A stretch of DNA of 64,000 nt from an uncultured Acidobacteriota bacterium (GCA_963757335.1 CAVWRJ010000011.1:71700-135699); one strand, 5' to 3'. Shown: positions 36,121 to 45,339, counted from the stretch's first letter. Numbers and translations are program-made. Notes: generated by a model from the sequence alone, not told the origin.

Positions 36121-36714
36121 CTAGCGGCCTGCCTGGCCCTGGCTCCACGGCGGCACGACGCCGTTCGAGCGGGCGTAGGCGATCGACTGCCCGAGGTGCT
36201 CGTGCATATGGTTGGCGATGACGAACATCGCCTCCCGCACCGTCCCCTCGTGGCCGAAGATCTTGATCGTCCGGTCGAGGTCGGAGTCGGGCGTCGAGTC
36301 GACCACCCGGCGGATGTGGGCGAACGACTGCTGCAGGGCCTCGGCCACTTTGGCCTTGTCGCCCCCCTGCTTCTCCAGATTGGGCACGTCGATGTCCGCC
36401 GGCGGCTTGACGCCCCAGAGCGTCGGCAGGAAGAAGTTGGCGCTCGCGAGATGCATGTAGACCTCCCCCACCGAGCGCACGCCCGGGGCCGGGCGCCAGG
36501 AGTACTTGTCGGCGGGCACCGCCGCGGCCAGGCTCAGGACCTTCTTCTGCACGTCGTCCAGCTGGTGGAGGAACTCGGCGCGGAAGCCGGTCTGCACCTG
36601 CGGCTTCTGGACCGGCGTGACGCTCTTCTGTTGCGGCGTCTGCGCGATAGCCGCGGCGGCGCAGAGGAGAGCGGCGGCGACGGTGGCGAGGGCGGTCTGC
36701 GACTTTATCCTCAT
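36121..36714 (-). CDS. secreted DinB_2-family protein
   Basis: Signal peptide MRIKSQTALATVAAALLCAAAAIAQ; MHLASANFF...NHMHEHLGQSIAYAR His-rich DinB_2 motifs. Confidence 0.75.
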   Translation of the reverse strand: MRIKSQTALATVAAALLCAAAAIAQTPQQKSVTPVQKPQVQTGFRAEFLHQLDDVQKKVLSLAAAVPADKYSWRPAPGVRSVGEVYMHLASANFFLPTLWGVKPPADIDVPNLEKQGGDKAKVAEALQQSFAHIRRVVDSTPDSDLDRTIKIFGHEGTVREAMFVIANHMHEHLGQSIAYARSNGVVPPWSQGQAGR

Positions 36715-36904
36715 GACGGATTCCTCCAATGGGTAGCGATCGGCTGCGGATTCTAGCAGCCCTGGCGGTACTGGGTTCGTTTAAATCCGAGGACGGACGA
36801 CTGGCTGCGCGGAGCGCCCGAAGGAGACCGCCCGCAGGTTCAAACGGGCCCAGGACCGCCCGGCCGTCCTGAGCGCCGCCGCACACCTGTACTAGAATCA
36901 GGAG

Positions 36905-38194
36905 GTGCATCTGACCCTGGCCCTCCTGGCGAGCCTCGGCGCCGCTGGGCTGCTGATCGCCCTCGTCCTGACGCTCGGCCGCGCCGCCTTTCTCGTCCGC
37001 CAGCTCACCTTCCCGCTCTACGTCGCGGCGGCGGCGGCCGGCGTCTACGTCTTCACCCTCTTCCCAGCGGGGCGGAGCCCGGAGGCCGGGCGCGCCCTCG
37101 CCTGGATGCTCCTCTTCCTCGCCGCGGCGGTCGTCCTCCGCCTCCTCGGTCTGTTCGTCTTCGACGTCCACCTGCAGAGCCGCAAGGGGGTGCGCCTGCC
37201 GCCGCTCCTGCCGGCGGTGTCGATGCTCGTCGTCTACCTGCTGGCGGCCCTCATCACCCTGCGGGTGAGCTTCCCGCAGCTCGACATCGCGCCGCTCCTG
37301 GCGACCAGCGCGGTCACCTCGCTCGTTCTCGGCCTCGCCCTCCAGCCGATCCTCGGCAACTTCTTCGCCGGCATCGTCATCACCCTCGAAAAGCCGTTCC
37401 GCTTGAACGACTGGATCAAGGTCGGCGACCACGAGGGGCGGGTGGTGGCGATCAACTGGCGGACCACCCACCTGCGGACGCGCGACAACGACAACATCGT
37501 CATCCCCAACGGCAGGATCGCCGACGACCGGGTCCTCAACTACTACTATCCGCACCCCATGCACCTGGAGAAGGTGCGGGTGGGGATCTCCTACGACACG
37601 CCGCCCTACCGCGCCCGGCGGGCCCTCCTCGAATGTCCCCCGGGGATCGCCGGCGTCCTCGACAAGCCGACCCCCGAGGTCTACGTCGCGAGCTTCGACG
37701 ACAGCGCCGTCCTCTACGAACTGCGGGTCTGGATCGAGGACGTCGCCCAGTCCAACCGGATCGCGAGCGACCTCCGGGCGCGGATCTGGGAGGAGCTGAC
37801 CCGGGCGGGGATCGCCATCCCCTACCCCACCCGCACCGTGAAGCTCGCCCGCCGCGAGCGGCCGGTCCAGCAGGAGCTCCCGAGCGGCGCGCCGCGGCCG
37901 GCCCGGCTCTACGTCGCCGAGGGGGCCGAGCGCGGCCGTACGGTCGAGCTCGACGGCCAAGCGATAATCGTCGGCCGCTCCCGCTCCTCCCACCTCGCCC
38001 TCGCCGACGCCAATGCCAGCAAGGAGCACCTGCGCATCGAATGGACCCCGGAAGGCTACGTCCTGACCGACCTCGGCAGCAGCTTCGGGACCCGGGTCAA
38101 CGGCCAGGCGGCGAGCCGGGTGGTTCTCCACCCCCTCGACCGGATCGCCATCGGCGATACCCTGCTCATCTTCGAAAGTGAAACCCATGCCTGA
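36905..38194 (+). CDS. mechanosensitive ion channel (MscS family) with C-terminal FHA domain
   Basis: Three N-terminal TM helices, MscS core (SLVLGLALQPILGNFFAGIVITLEKPFRLNDWIKVGDHEGRVVAINWRTTHLRT), C-terminal FHA (GRTVELDGQAIIVGRSRSSHLAL...NGTRVNGQ). Confidence 0.85.
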   Translation: MHLTLALLASLGAAGLLIALVLTLGRAAFLVRQLTFPLYVAAAAAGVYVFTLFPAGRSPEAGRALAWMLLFLAAAVVLRLLGLFVFDVHLQSRKGVRLPPLLPAVSMLVVYLLAALITLRVSFPQLDIAPLLATSAVTSLVLGLALQPILGNFFAGIVITLEKPFRLNDWIKVGDHEGRVVAINWRTTHLRTRDNDNIVIPNGRIADDRVLNYYYPHPMHLEKVRVGISYDTPPYRARRALLECPPGIAGVLDKPTPEVYVASFDDSAVLYELRVWIEDVAQSNRIASDLRARIWEELTRAGIAIPYPTRTVKLARRERPVQQELPSGAPRPARLYVAEGAERGRTVELDGQAIIVGRSRSSHLALADANASKEHLRIEWTPEGYVLTDLGSSFGTRVNGQAASRVVLHPLDRIAIGDTLLIFESETHA

Positions 38195-39158
38195 CGAGAC
38201 CTTCCCTGCCACCCTCGGTCCCTACCGCCTCGGCGGCCTCGCCGGCCGCGAGGGTCGCCGCCACTCCGCGACCGCCTATCAGGCGACCGCCCCGGACGGC
38301 CGGGCGGTGGTGGTCGAGGTGATGTCGCGCGCGCTCGCCGCCGACCCGGCGGCGGTCGAGCGCTTCAACCGCGAGGTCGAGAAGCTCGCCGCCATCGAGC
38401 ACCCCAACCTCCTCCGGGTCTTTTCGAGCAGCGAGGACGCCGGCCGGGTCTACCTGGTGCGCGAGGCCTGGGACTGCCCGGCGCTCGGCGACCTCCTCCG
38501 CGAGCGGCGCCCCACGGTCCCGGAGTCGCTCGCGGCGTTCAAGGGGATCTTGAAAGGCTTGGGCCAGCTCCATCAACGGGGGATCGTGCACCGCGACTTG
38601 AACCCCACGACCGTCTTCGTCTCCCACGACCTCTCCCAGGTCAAGCTCGCCGGCTACGGCCTCGGCAAGGCCGACGCCTTGAGTGGGACGACGGGGACCC
38701 TCTCGACCGGCGAGGTGAGCCTCGCCAACATCTACTATCTGGCGCCGGAGCAGGCCGAGGGGAAGCCCTCCGACGCCCGCTCGGACCTCTACTCGGCCGG
38801 GGTCCTCTTCCATCAGCTCTTGACCGGCCGCGCCCCGAGCGCCAAGTTCGGCCTGCCGAGCCAGCTCAACCCGGAGCTGCCGCCCGAGGTCGACAGCCTC
38901 GTCCTGAAGTGTCTGGCCCGCCGGCCGGAGGACCGCTACTCGAACGTCCCCCACCTCCTGGGCGACCTCCTCCAGCTGGAGGAGACCCTCCGCCTGCGCC
39001 TCCTCTCCCAGATCCAGGGGATCTCCCGCTCGACCTCCCGCCTGCTCGGCCAGGAGGAGGGGGGAACGACGAAAAAGAACCCCGCCCTCCTCTGGGTGGG
39101 GATCGGGGTGGTCGTCGTCCTCGTGGCGGCGGTGGCGTTCTTCCTGCTTCACCACTGA
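38178..39158 (+). CDS. membrane-anchored Hanks-type pseudokinase
   Basis: Kinase fold retained (ERFNREVEKLAAIEHPNL, YLAPEQ, DLYSAGV, RPEDRY) but beta3 Lys absent (VVVEVM), catalytic loop HRDLNPTT (Lys to Asn, Asn to Thr), DFG replaced by GYG; C-terminal TM LLWVGIGVVVVLVAAVAFFLL; start overlaps the mscS-FHA gene by 17 nt. Confidence 0.8.
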   Translation: MKPMPDETFPATLGPYRLGGLAGREGRRHSATAYQATAPDGRAVVVEVMSRALAADPAAVERFNREVEKLAAIEHPNLLRVFSSSEDAGRVYLVREAWDCPALGDLLRERRPTVPESLAAFKGILKGLGQLHQRGIVHRDLNPTTVFVSHDLSQVKLAGYGLGKADALSGTTGTLSTGEVSLANIYYLAPEQAEGKPSDARSDLYSAGVLFHQLLTGRAPSAKFGLPSQLNPELPPEVDSLVLKCLARRPEDRYSNVPHLLGDLLQLEETLRLRLLSQIQGISRSTSRLLGQEEGGTTKKNPALLWVGIGVVVVLVAAVAFFLLHH

Positions 39159-39271
39159 GGGCCTGCAAGACGCATATCCATGGGTTGCTATTCCTCTATC
39201 TTCGCGGTAAGGTCAGATTTCGCTCGGCCCGCCTCGGCGGGCTACCCACTGACTGAGAAAAGGAGTTCACC

Positions 39272-39538
39272 ATGGAGCGAGCCAATATCGCCTCAAACCG
39301 CACCTCGAAGTTCCGCCTTGCCATCGCCTTGACCGGAGTCCTCGGGGCCGGCAGTCTCGCGTTCGCCGCTACCGCCCCAGCCGCGACCCCGGCCGCCAGG
39401 TGCGTCCCCAACCCGAACCCCATCTGCTACCAGATCTACAAGCCGGTGATCTGCAGCAACGGCAAGGTGTACACCAACCAGTGCTACGCCGACGCGGATT
39501 GCGCGAAGAACTGCGTGCCCTACACTCCCCCGGCGTAG
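39272..39538 (+). CDS. small secreted Cys-rich protein with Kazal-like protease-inhibitor motif
   Basis: Signal peptide, then C..NP.C.....PVICSNGKVYTNQCYADADCAKNC matching the Kazal core (C-x-[ST]-[DN]-G-x-[TV]-Y-x-N-x-C ... C). Confidence 0.55.
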   Translation: MERANIASNRTSKFRLAIALTGVLGAGSLAFAATAPAATPAARCVPNPNPICYQIYKPVICSNGKVYTNQCYADADCAKNCVPYTPPA

Positions 39539-39613
39539 CGTCGTAGCTCGATTGTCCGGGACCCCGGGAGCCGGGGTCCCGGCCTTCCCCCACCTTCGGC
39601 TAGACTACCCCGC

Positions 39614-40435
39614 ATGGCAGACCTCAAAGGCAAGACCCTGTTCATCACCGGCGGCAGCCGCGGCATCGGCCTCGCGATCGCGCTCCGCGCCGCTGCCGAC
39701 GGCGCCAACGTCGCCATCGCCGCCAAGACCGCCGAGCCCAATCCGAAGCTCCCGGGGACGATCCACACCGCCGCCCGGGAGGTCGAGGCGGCGGGCGGCA
39801 GGGCCCTGCCACTCCAGATCGACATCCGCGACGAGGAGCAGGTGCGGGCCGGGATCGAGAAGACGGTCGAGACCTTCGGCGGGCTCGACATCCTGGTCAA
39901 CAACGCGAGCGCCATCTTCCTCGCCGGGACGCTCGAAACCCCCATGAAGCGCTTCGACCTCATGTGGTCGGTCAACGGGCGCGGCACCTTCGCCTGCTCG
40001 CAGGCCGCGATCCCCCACTTGAAGCGCTCGGCCAACCCCCACATCCTCAGCCTCTCGCCGCCGCTCAACCTGAACCCCAAGTGGTTCGCCAACCACTGCG
40101 CCTACACCATGGCGAAGTACGGCATGAGCCTCGCCGTCCTCGGAATGGCGGCGGAGTGGAAGGACGACGGCATCGCCGTCAACGCCCTCTGGCCGCGCAC
40201 CGCCATCGCCACCGCCGCCCTCGCCATGCTGGGGGGGATGGTCAAGCCCGAGAACTGCCGGAAGCCCGAGATCGTCGCCGACGCCGCGCACGTCGTCCTC
40301 ACCCGGGACAGCCGCTGCTGCACGGGGAACTTCTACATCGACGACGAGGTGCTGGCGTCGGCGGGGGTCAAAGATCTCGATCGCTACGCCGTCCAGCCGG
40401 GAACCCCGCTCTTCAACGACTTCTTCGTCGACTAG
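39614..40435 (+). CDS. SDR family NAD(P)-dependent oxidoreductase
   Basis: TGGSRGIG, NNAS, YTMAK catalytic motif. Confidence 0.85.
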   Translation: MADLKGKTLFITGGSRGIGLAIALRAAADGANVAIAAKTAEPNPKLPGTIHTAAREVEAAGGRALPLQIDIRDEEQVRAGIEKTVETFGGLDILVNNASAIFLAGTLETPMKRFDLMWSVNGRGTFACSQAAIPHLKRSANPHILSLSPPLNLNPKWFANHCAYTMAKYGMSLAVLGMAAEWKDDGIAVNALWPRTAIATAALAMLGGMVKPENCRKPEIVADAAHVVLTRDSRCCTGNFYIDDEVLASAGVKDLDRYAVQPGTPLFNDFFVD

Positions 40436-40615
40436 CGCTGACCGGCGCTTCTGGGGGGGGAGGAGCTTCCCCGGGAAGCCATAAAGATGTCGTAAAGACT
40501 CGCATAGCTCTATATCAATACGCACCCGATCGGAGCTACAGTAGGTTCCAGCCAATCCGCCGTAGTACTTAAGGATGCCCGCGGGAGATCCCGTGGGATT
40601 TTGGAGGGAGAACCT

Positions 40616-41146
40616 ATGTGGACCCGGGTGAGGGACCGCCAGCGGGGTTTCACCTTGATCGAGCTGCTGATCGTCGTCGCCATCATCGGGATCATCGCCG
40701 CCCTGCTCATTCCGAACTTCCTGGACGCGCTCCAGAAGGCGAAGCAGAAGCGGACGGTGGCCGACATGCGAAACGCCGGTACCGCCATGTTCTCCTGGCT
40801 GACCGACCAGGTCGGCGCCGCCGCCGCGGGCGCCGCCGCCACCACGGTCGACCTGACGAGCTACGGCACGGTGACGGACGGCAGCAACCTGCTCTCGGTC
40901 CTCGTCCCGCAGTATCTCCAGGCGGTGCCCGAGGTGGACGGCTGGAAGACCAACTACGACTACTACATGAAGACCGCCACCCCGCTCGATCCGCAGGTCA
41001 TGGCCATCCACAGCTACGGCCGCGACAAGAAAAAGCAGCTGACGACCGCGATCAACGTCACCTCCTTCGATCCCACCGACTACGACCAGGACATCCTCTG
41101 GGCCGACGGCTTCTTCGTCCGCTGGCCGCAGAAGGTCACCCCCTGA
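40616..41146 (+). CDS. type II secretion / type IV pilus pseudopilin (prepilin-type N-terminal cleavage/methylation domain)
   Basis: GGAGGGAG RBS; MWTRVRDRQRGFTLIELLIVVAIIGIIAALLIPNF is a class III signal peptide; ORF-track frame opens at 40601. Confidence 0.8.
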   Translation: MWTRVRDRQRGFTLIELLIVVAIIGIIAALLIPNFLDALQKAKQKRTVADMRNAGTAMFSWLTDQVGAAAAGAAATTVDLTSYGTVTDGSNLLSVLVPQYLQAVPEVDGWKTNYDYYMKTATPLDPQVMAIHSYGRDKKKQLTTAINVTSFDPTDYDQDILWADGFFVRWPQKVTP

Positions 41147-41147
41147 T

Positions 41148-41390
41148 TTAAGGCCTGAACGCCGCGACAGACAGGGCGCCCCGCGACGCCTCGACAGGCA
41201 CCTCCACAGACGCTGGCCTCGGCCGCGCTCCGTCCAGCTTCACCAGCTGGGTGGGCGGCCGCAGGCCCGCGGGCGAGACATGCCCCGGGACCACGAAGTG
41301 CCAGAGCCCGGCCACGACCAACGCCAGGATCAGAGTCCCGCAGCCGAACGGGATTCCACAGCAGCAACCACGTACCTGGACGTTCGACAT
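41148..41390 (-). CDS. hypothetical small membrane protein (Cys cluster CCCGIPFGCG)
   Basis: ORF track only; TM-like LILALVVAGLWHFVV. Confidence 0.25.
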   Translation of the reverse strand: MSNVQVRGCCCGIPFGCGTLILALVVAGLWHFVVPGHVSPAGLRPPTQLVKLDGARPRPASVEVPVEASRGALSVAAFRP

Positions 41391-41470
41391 GGCGGGAGAG
41401 CTCCTTCCTCAAAGAGGCCGTACCGCTACGGCCGCCGAGATCCGATGCAAGAGCAGCTCCACGCCCCCCC

Positions 41471-41550
41471 CGATGTCGACGATGTCGGACTCTGTCGGAC
41501 GATGTCGGGAGGTGTCGAACGGTGTCGGTTTATGTCGATTATGTCGGTCA
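41471..41550 (+). promoter_or_regulatory. eight direct repeats of NNTGTCG(G/A)NN at 9-10 bp (helical) spacing, candidate transcription-factor/enhancer binding array
   Basis: cgATGTCGac gATGTCGgac tcTGTCGgac gaTGTCGgga ggTGTCGaac ggTGTCGgtt taTGTCGatt aTGTCGgtca, followed by inverted repeat CTGCCGG-N13-CCGGCAG. Confidence 0.6.
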
Positions 41551-41598
41551 CTGCCGGTTTTTCACCGACGCCGGCAGGCGCCCCCCGCGGAGCCAGCC

Positions 41599-41614
41599 GG
41601 GCACGGCCCTTGCT
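41599..41614 (+). promoter_or_regulatory. candidate sigma-54 (-24/-12) promoter GGGCACG-N4-TTGCT
   Basis: Matches TGGCACG-N4-TTGCW with correct GG/GC spacing; about 85 bp upstream of ATG 41700 and 50-130 bp downstream of the TGTCG repeat array. Confidence 0.45.
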
Positions 41615-41699
41615 TTTTCAGCTTTTCGATTCGTTGTTCCATCTCTGTCGTAAGTGTTACTGAGAGACCATTCTCAGAATCGAAAGGAAGGGGTGCACC

Positions 41700-42929
41700 A
41701 TGAAGATTCGTTTCGCTGTGTTGGTATTGACCGTCGCGGCGAGCTCGCTCTGGCTCGCCGGGAGCGGTGGTTCGCAGCCGGTGCTCGCCGCGACCGCCGG
41801 GAGGGTCGCCGCGCCGGCCGCCTGCCAGTTTCCGCTCGGCTGGGTGGGTACGCCGGCGGAGACCGCCTGGCGGCTCTTCGTCGCGACGAACTGCCCGGCT
41901 GGCGGCACTCAGCTCGTCTGGGAGACCTGGATCGAGCAGGACGCCCTCTATCCCGCGAGCGGATCGGCAGCGCAGAAGGGCGCCAAGGCCAAGCGCCTCC
42001 ACGGGAGCCCGCTGTTCAAGGCTTTGATGGCCCGGAAGAACGGCATGACGGCCGAGCTCTCCCCGGCCACGGAGTGCAACAAGATGGGGAGCCCGCCGTC
42101 AAACGTCGTCCCCAACGCCACGGTCTGCGAGGAGGTGCGGCTCAACCCCTCGGCCCGGACGTTCGTCCAGACCAAGGGCTACCAGGTGCGCTCCGGCCAG
42201 ATCAAGGCCGCCCAGTCCGGCACCAACATCCAGTTCCCGACCGCCGGGATCGAGGTCAAGGTGGACTGGATTCCCGCCACCGACTTCGCGACGCCTTTCA
42301 CCTGCGCCAACCCGCCCCAGGGCGTGCACGTCGAGACGATCGACGGCGCCTGCTACGCCATGGCCGGCATGCACCTGATCTCGAAGATCGCGCCGAACTG
42401 GATCTGGGCGACCTTCGAGCCCCAGAGCATGGAAACCAACCCCAATCGCTGCATCACGTTCGGAGCGTGCAACGACCCCTGGGGCTCGGTCCCGCCGACG
42501 AGCAGCGGCGGCGCCGGCGGCTTCACTCAGCTGACCCCCGCTCTCCAGGCCCTCATGAAGAGCGCCAACCTCGCGCCGGAATTCCTCAACTACCGCCTGG
42601 ACGGCGTCCAGACCCAGTTCGGCACCGCCGCCAACCCGACCCTCCTCGGCAACTCGATCATCGAGGGCGAGAACGTCGGCATGACGACCGGCACGGCGTC
42701 CTGCATCACCTGCCACTCGGTCTCCACCGTCAAGACCGACGGCACGGACGGGATCACCATTCTGGGGAGCTTGCCGACGCCGCCGGTCGGGCCGGAGTAC
42801 GTCGTCCCCCAGGGCTGGATCGCGCGGGACTTCGTCTGGTCGCTGGCGCTCGCCTGCCCCGGTGGGATCCAGAACTGCTCGTCGTCCGTAGCGGCGGCGA
42901 AACCGGCGAAGAAAACGAAGACGAAGTAA
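41700..42929 (+). CDS. secreted protein with a single CxxCH heme-binding motif (putative c-type cytochrome domain), Lys-rich C-terminus
   Basis: GGAAGGGG RBS; signal peptide MKIRFAVLVLTVAASSLWLAGSGG; ASCITCHSV (CxxCH); many conserved Cys. Confidence 0.6.
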   Translation: MKIRFAVLVLTVAASSLWLAGSGGSQPVLAATAGRVAAPAACQFPLGWVGTPAETAWRLFVATNCPAGGTQLVWETWIEQDALYPASGSAAQKGAKAKRLHGSPLFKALMARKNGMTAELSPATECNKMGSPPSNVVPNATVCEEVRLNPSARTFVQTKGYQVRSGQIKAAQSGTNIQFPTAGIEVKVDWIPATDFATPFTCANPPQGVHVETIDGACYAMAGMHLISKIAPNWIWATFEPQSMETNPNRCITFGACNDPWGSVPPTSSGGAGGFTQLTPALQALMKSANLAPEFLNYRLDGVQTQFGTAANPTLLGNSIIEGENVGMTTGTASCITCHSVSTVKTDGTDGITILGSLPTPPVGPEYVVPQGWIARDFVWSLALACPGGIQNCSSSVAAAKPAKKTKTK

Positions 42930-42939
42930 CGATGGACGT

Positions 42940-43420
42940 CCGGGCGGGATCGGCGGTGCCGGTCCCGCTGCCACGGCGCGAGACACGAACGGCTCCAGCG
43001 AGACACTAGCGACCCTCCACGAGACACGAAGCGTCGACGGCGAGACACGATGTGTTGGCGGTGGGACGCGAAGTTCCGACGGTGGGACACGAAGCGTCGG
43101 CGGTGGGACACGAAGCTTCGGCGGTGGGACACGCGCGTCCTGCCGCGAGACACAGCCGGCCGGCAGCGAGACACAGCCGGCCGGCAGCGAGACACAGCCG
43201 GCCGGCAGCGAGACACAGCCGGCCGGCACGCCGTGGCCCGCGGCAGGCGCGTGGTGACTCGCAGCAGGCGCGTAGTGACTCGCGGCAGGCACGTAGTGAC
43301 TCGCGGCAGGCGCGTCGTGACTCGCGGCAGGCGCGTCGTGGCCCGCGGCAGGCGCGTGGTGGCCCGCGGCAGGCATCTGGTGTCTCGGTCCAACCGAGGG
43401 GTCTTACCTGCCGCGCTCGC
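42940..43420. repeat. about 23 tandem 21-bp repeats in three sub-families: GCGAGACACAGCCGGCCGGCA x4 (perfect), GGTGGGACACGAAGCGTCGGC-like x4, CGCGGCAGGCGCGTNGTGACT-like x7
   Basis: Direct reading; occupies the convergent intergenic region between the CxxCH-protein gene and etfA; stop-free in several frames, producing artefactual heptad-repeat ORFs. Confidence 0.8.
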
Positions 43421-43507
43421 GACAACCCTTCCTACCGTCATCCTGAGAGGAGCCCTAGCGACCGAAGGACCTGGGCGGGGGAGAAGGTGCGCCCAGGCCG
43501 CGCTGCA

Positions 43508-44494
43508 CTATCCCTTGGCTTCCTTGATCGCCGCGGTGAGCGCCGGCAGGATCTCGTGCAGGTCGCCGACGATGCCGTAGTCGGCGACGGTGAAGATCGG
43601 GGCGCCGGGGTCCTTGTTGATGGCGACGATGGTCGTCGAGCCCTTCATCCCCACCAGGTGCTGGATGGCGCCGGAGATCCCCGCCGCCAAGTAGAGCTTG
43701 GGGGCCACGGTCTGACCGGAGGAGCCGATCTGGCGGTCGCGCGGCAGCCAGCCGTTGTCGATCACCGGCCGGCTGGCGCCGATCTCGGCCCCGAGGGCCT
43801 TGGCGAGCTCCTCGATCACCCCCATCTTGTCGGCCCCGCCCACCCCGCGGCCCACGGCGACGATGATCTCCGCCTTGGTGAGGTCGATCTTCTCCCCCCC
43901 CACCTGCTCGACACCGAGGACCTCGCGATCGGGCTTGACCGCCGAGAGGTCGACCGCGAGCGGTTGAATCGGCGCTGGAGCCGCCCCTAAAGCCGCGCCC
44001 CCCTGGAAGGCGCCGGACTGGACCGAGACGAGAACCGTGCCAGGACCCTTGACCCGCACCTTCGCCTGCATCTTGCCGCCGAGGATGGGCCGACTCCAGA
44101 GCAGATCATCCGCCCCTCCGGAGAAGCCGGTCACCTCGGGGAGGAGCCCCGCCCCCACCTCCTGCGCCAGCCGGGGGACGTAGTCGACCGACTGGTAGCT
44201 GTGGGGGAAGACGACGAAATCGGGCGCCGCCGCCCGGATCGCCGGGGCGAGGGCCGCCACGTAGGCGCCAGGGGTGTAGGTGCCGAGCGCCGGGGCGTCC
44301 GCCAGGTGGACGGCGGCGAGATCGCGCTTCGCCACCTCCGCCGCGGCGCCCTCCAGACCCGCTCCGAGGAGCACCGCCTCGGCCTTCCCGCCGCCGAGCT
44401 CCGCCGCCAGCTTCTGAGCGGCGGCGATCGCCTCCCAGGACATCCGCGCGATCTGGCCCTCGCGCTGCTGCAAGACCACCCAGATCTTCGCCAT
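43508..44494 (-). CDS. etfA: electron transfer flavoprotein subunit alpha
   Basis: Full-length match to EtfA including the FAD-binding C-terminal domain ([37 protein letters not shown]). Confidence 0.9.
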   Translation of the reverse strand: MAKIWVVLQQREGQIARMSWEAIAAAQKLAAELGGGKAEAVLLGAGLEGAAAEVAKRDLAAVHLADAPALGTYTPGAYVAALAPAIRAAAPDFVVFPHSYQSVDYVPRLAQEVGAGLLPEVTGFSGGADDLLWSRPILGGKMQAKVRVKGPGTVLVSVQSGAFQGGAALGAAPAPIQPLAVDLSAVKPDREVLGVEQVGGEKIDLTKAEIIVAVGRGVGGADKMGVIEELAKALGAEIGASRPVIDNGWLPRDRQIGSSGQTVAPKLYLAAGISGAIQHLVGMKGSTTIVAINKDPGAPIFTVADYGIVGDLHEILPALTAAIKEAKG

Positions 44495-45289
44495 CTAGAA
44501 AATCCTCGCTTCGGTGCGCAGTTTCTGGACGAGGGCCGCCGCCTGCTGCTTCGGGTCGCCCTCGAGCATCTGGGCCCCGGTGCCGCTGTCGGGCAGGGCC
44601 ACGGAGACGATCTCCAGCCGCGAGCCGGCCGCCCCCAGCTGACCGGGGTCGAGCCCGAGATCGCCGGGGGACACCTCGGCGATCTCCTTTTTCTTCGCCG
44701 CCATGATCCCCTTGAGCGAGGCGTAGCGCGGATGGTTGATGCCAGCCTGGATTTCGAGCACCGCCGGGAGCTGGATACGGACGATCTCGTTCATCCCGCT
44801 CTCCATCTCCCGGGTCACCCTGGCGCTCTTGCCGTCCGCTTCGAGCTCGACCCCCATGACCAGCCAGACATGGGGCCAGCCCAGCTCGCCGGCTAAAACC
44901 GAGCCGGTCCCGGCGTAGCCGACATCGTCCGACTGCGAGCCGGTGAGGACGAGGTCGAAGCTCTCCCGCTTCATGGCGGCGGCCAGGGCCCGGCCGGTCG
45001 CCAGGGCGTCGCCACCGAGGAAAGCCGGATCTTTGAGGTGGATCGCCCGCGCCGCGCCGACGGCGAGGCCCTTGCGGATCGCCTCCCGGACCCGCTCCGG
45101 ACCGAGGCTCACGAGGACCACCTCGCCGCCGGTCTTCTCGGCCAGGGCGAGCCCCTCCTCCAGGGCATACTCGTCGCTCTCGTTGATGACGAAGGGCAGG
45201 TCCTCCTCCTCCAGCCACCGCCCGTCGCGGCTGACGCGGAGCCGCGCCTCGGTGTCGGGGACCTGTTTGATGCAGACCGCGATCCTCAT
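44495..45289 (-). CDS. etfB: electron transfer flavoprotein subunit beta
   Basis: MRIAVCIKQVPDTEARLRV... canonical EtfB N-terminus; adjacent to etfA. Confidence 0.9.
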   Translation of the reverse strand: MRIAVCIKQVPDTEARLRVSRDGRWLEEEDLPFVINESDEYALEEGLALAEKTGGEVVLVSLGPERVREAIRKGLAVGAARAIHLKDPAFLGGDALATGRALAAAMKRESFDLVLTGSQSDDVGYAGTGSVLAGELGWPHVWLVMGVELEADGKSARVTREMESGMNEIVRIQLPAVLEIQAGINHPRYASLKGIMAAKKKEIAEVSPGDLGLDPGQLGAAGSRLEIVSVALPDSGTGAQMLEGDPKQQAAALVQKLRTEARIF

Positions 45290-45339
45290 GGGAACCTCTC
45301 CTCGGAACGAAAGGGAACGGCGGCAAGCCCGCCTCTAGC

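Noticed and set aside
35438-38212. 924-aa minus-strand ORF
   Set aside because: Only its 3' about 600 nt (GNAT region) looks coding; the remainder is antisense to the MscS-FHA gene and DinB-like gene and is a GC-rich artefact.
39228-39246. Hairpin GCCCGCC-TC-GGCGGGC after the pseudokinase gene as terminator
   Set aside because: No downstream T-tract; may be a regulatory palindrome but evidence insufficient.
42940-43420. Possible CRISPR array or repeat-protein gene (ORFs 42099-43376 minus, 43050-43580 plus, 43052-43990 plus)
   Set aside because: The 21-bp unit is too short for CRISPR and has no spacers. ORFs are open in every frame only because the unit is a multiple of 3 and stop-free, and the long minus-strand ORF overlaps the real 41700-42929 gene.
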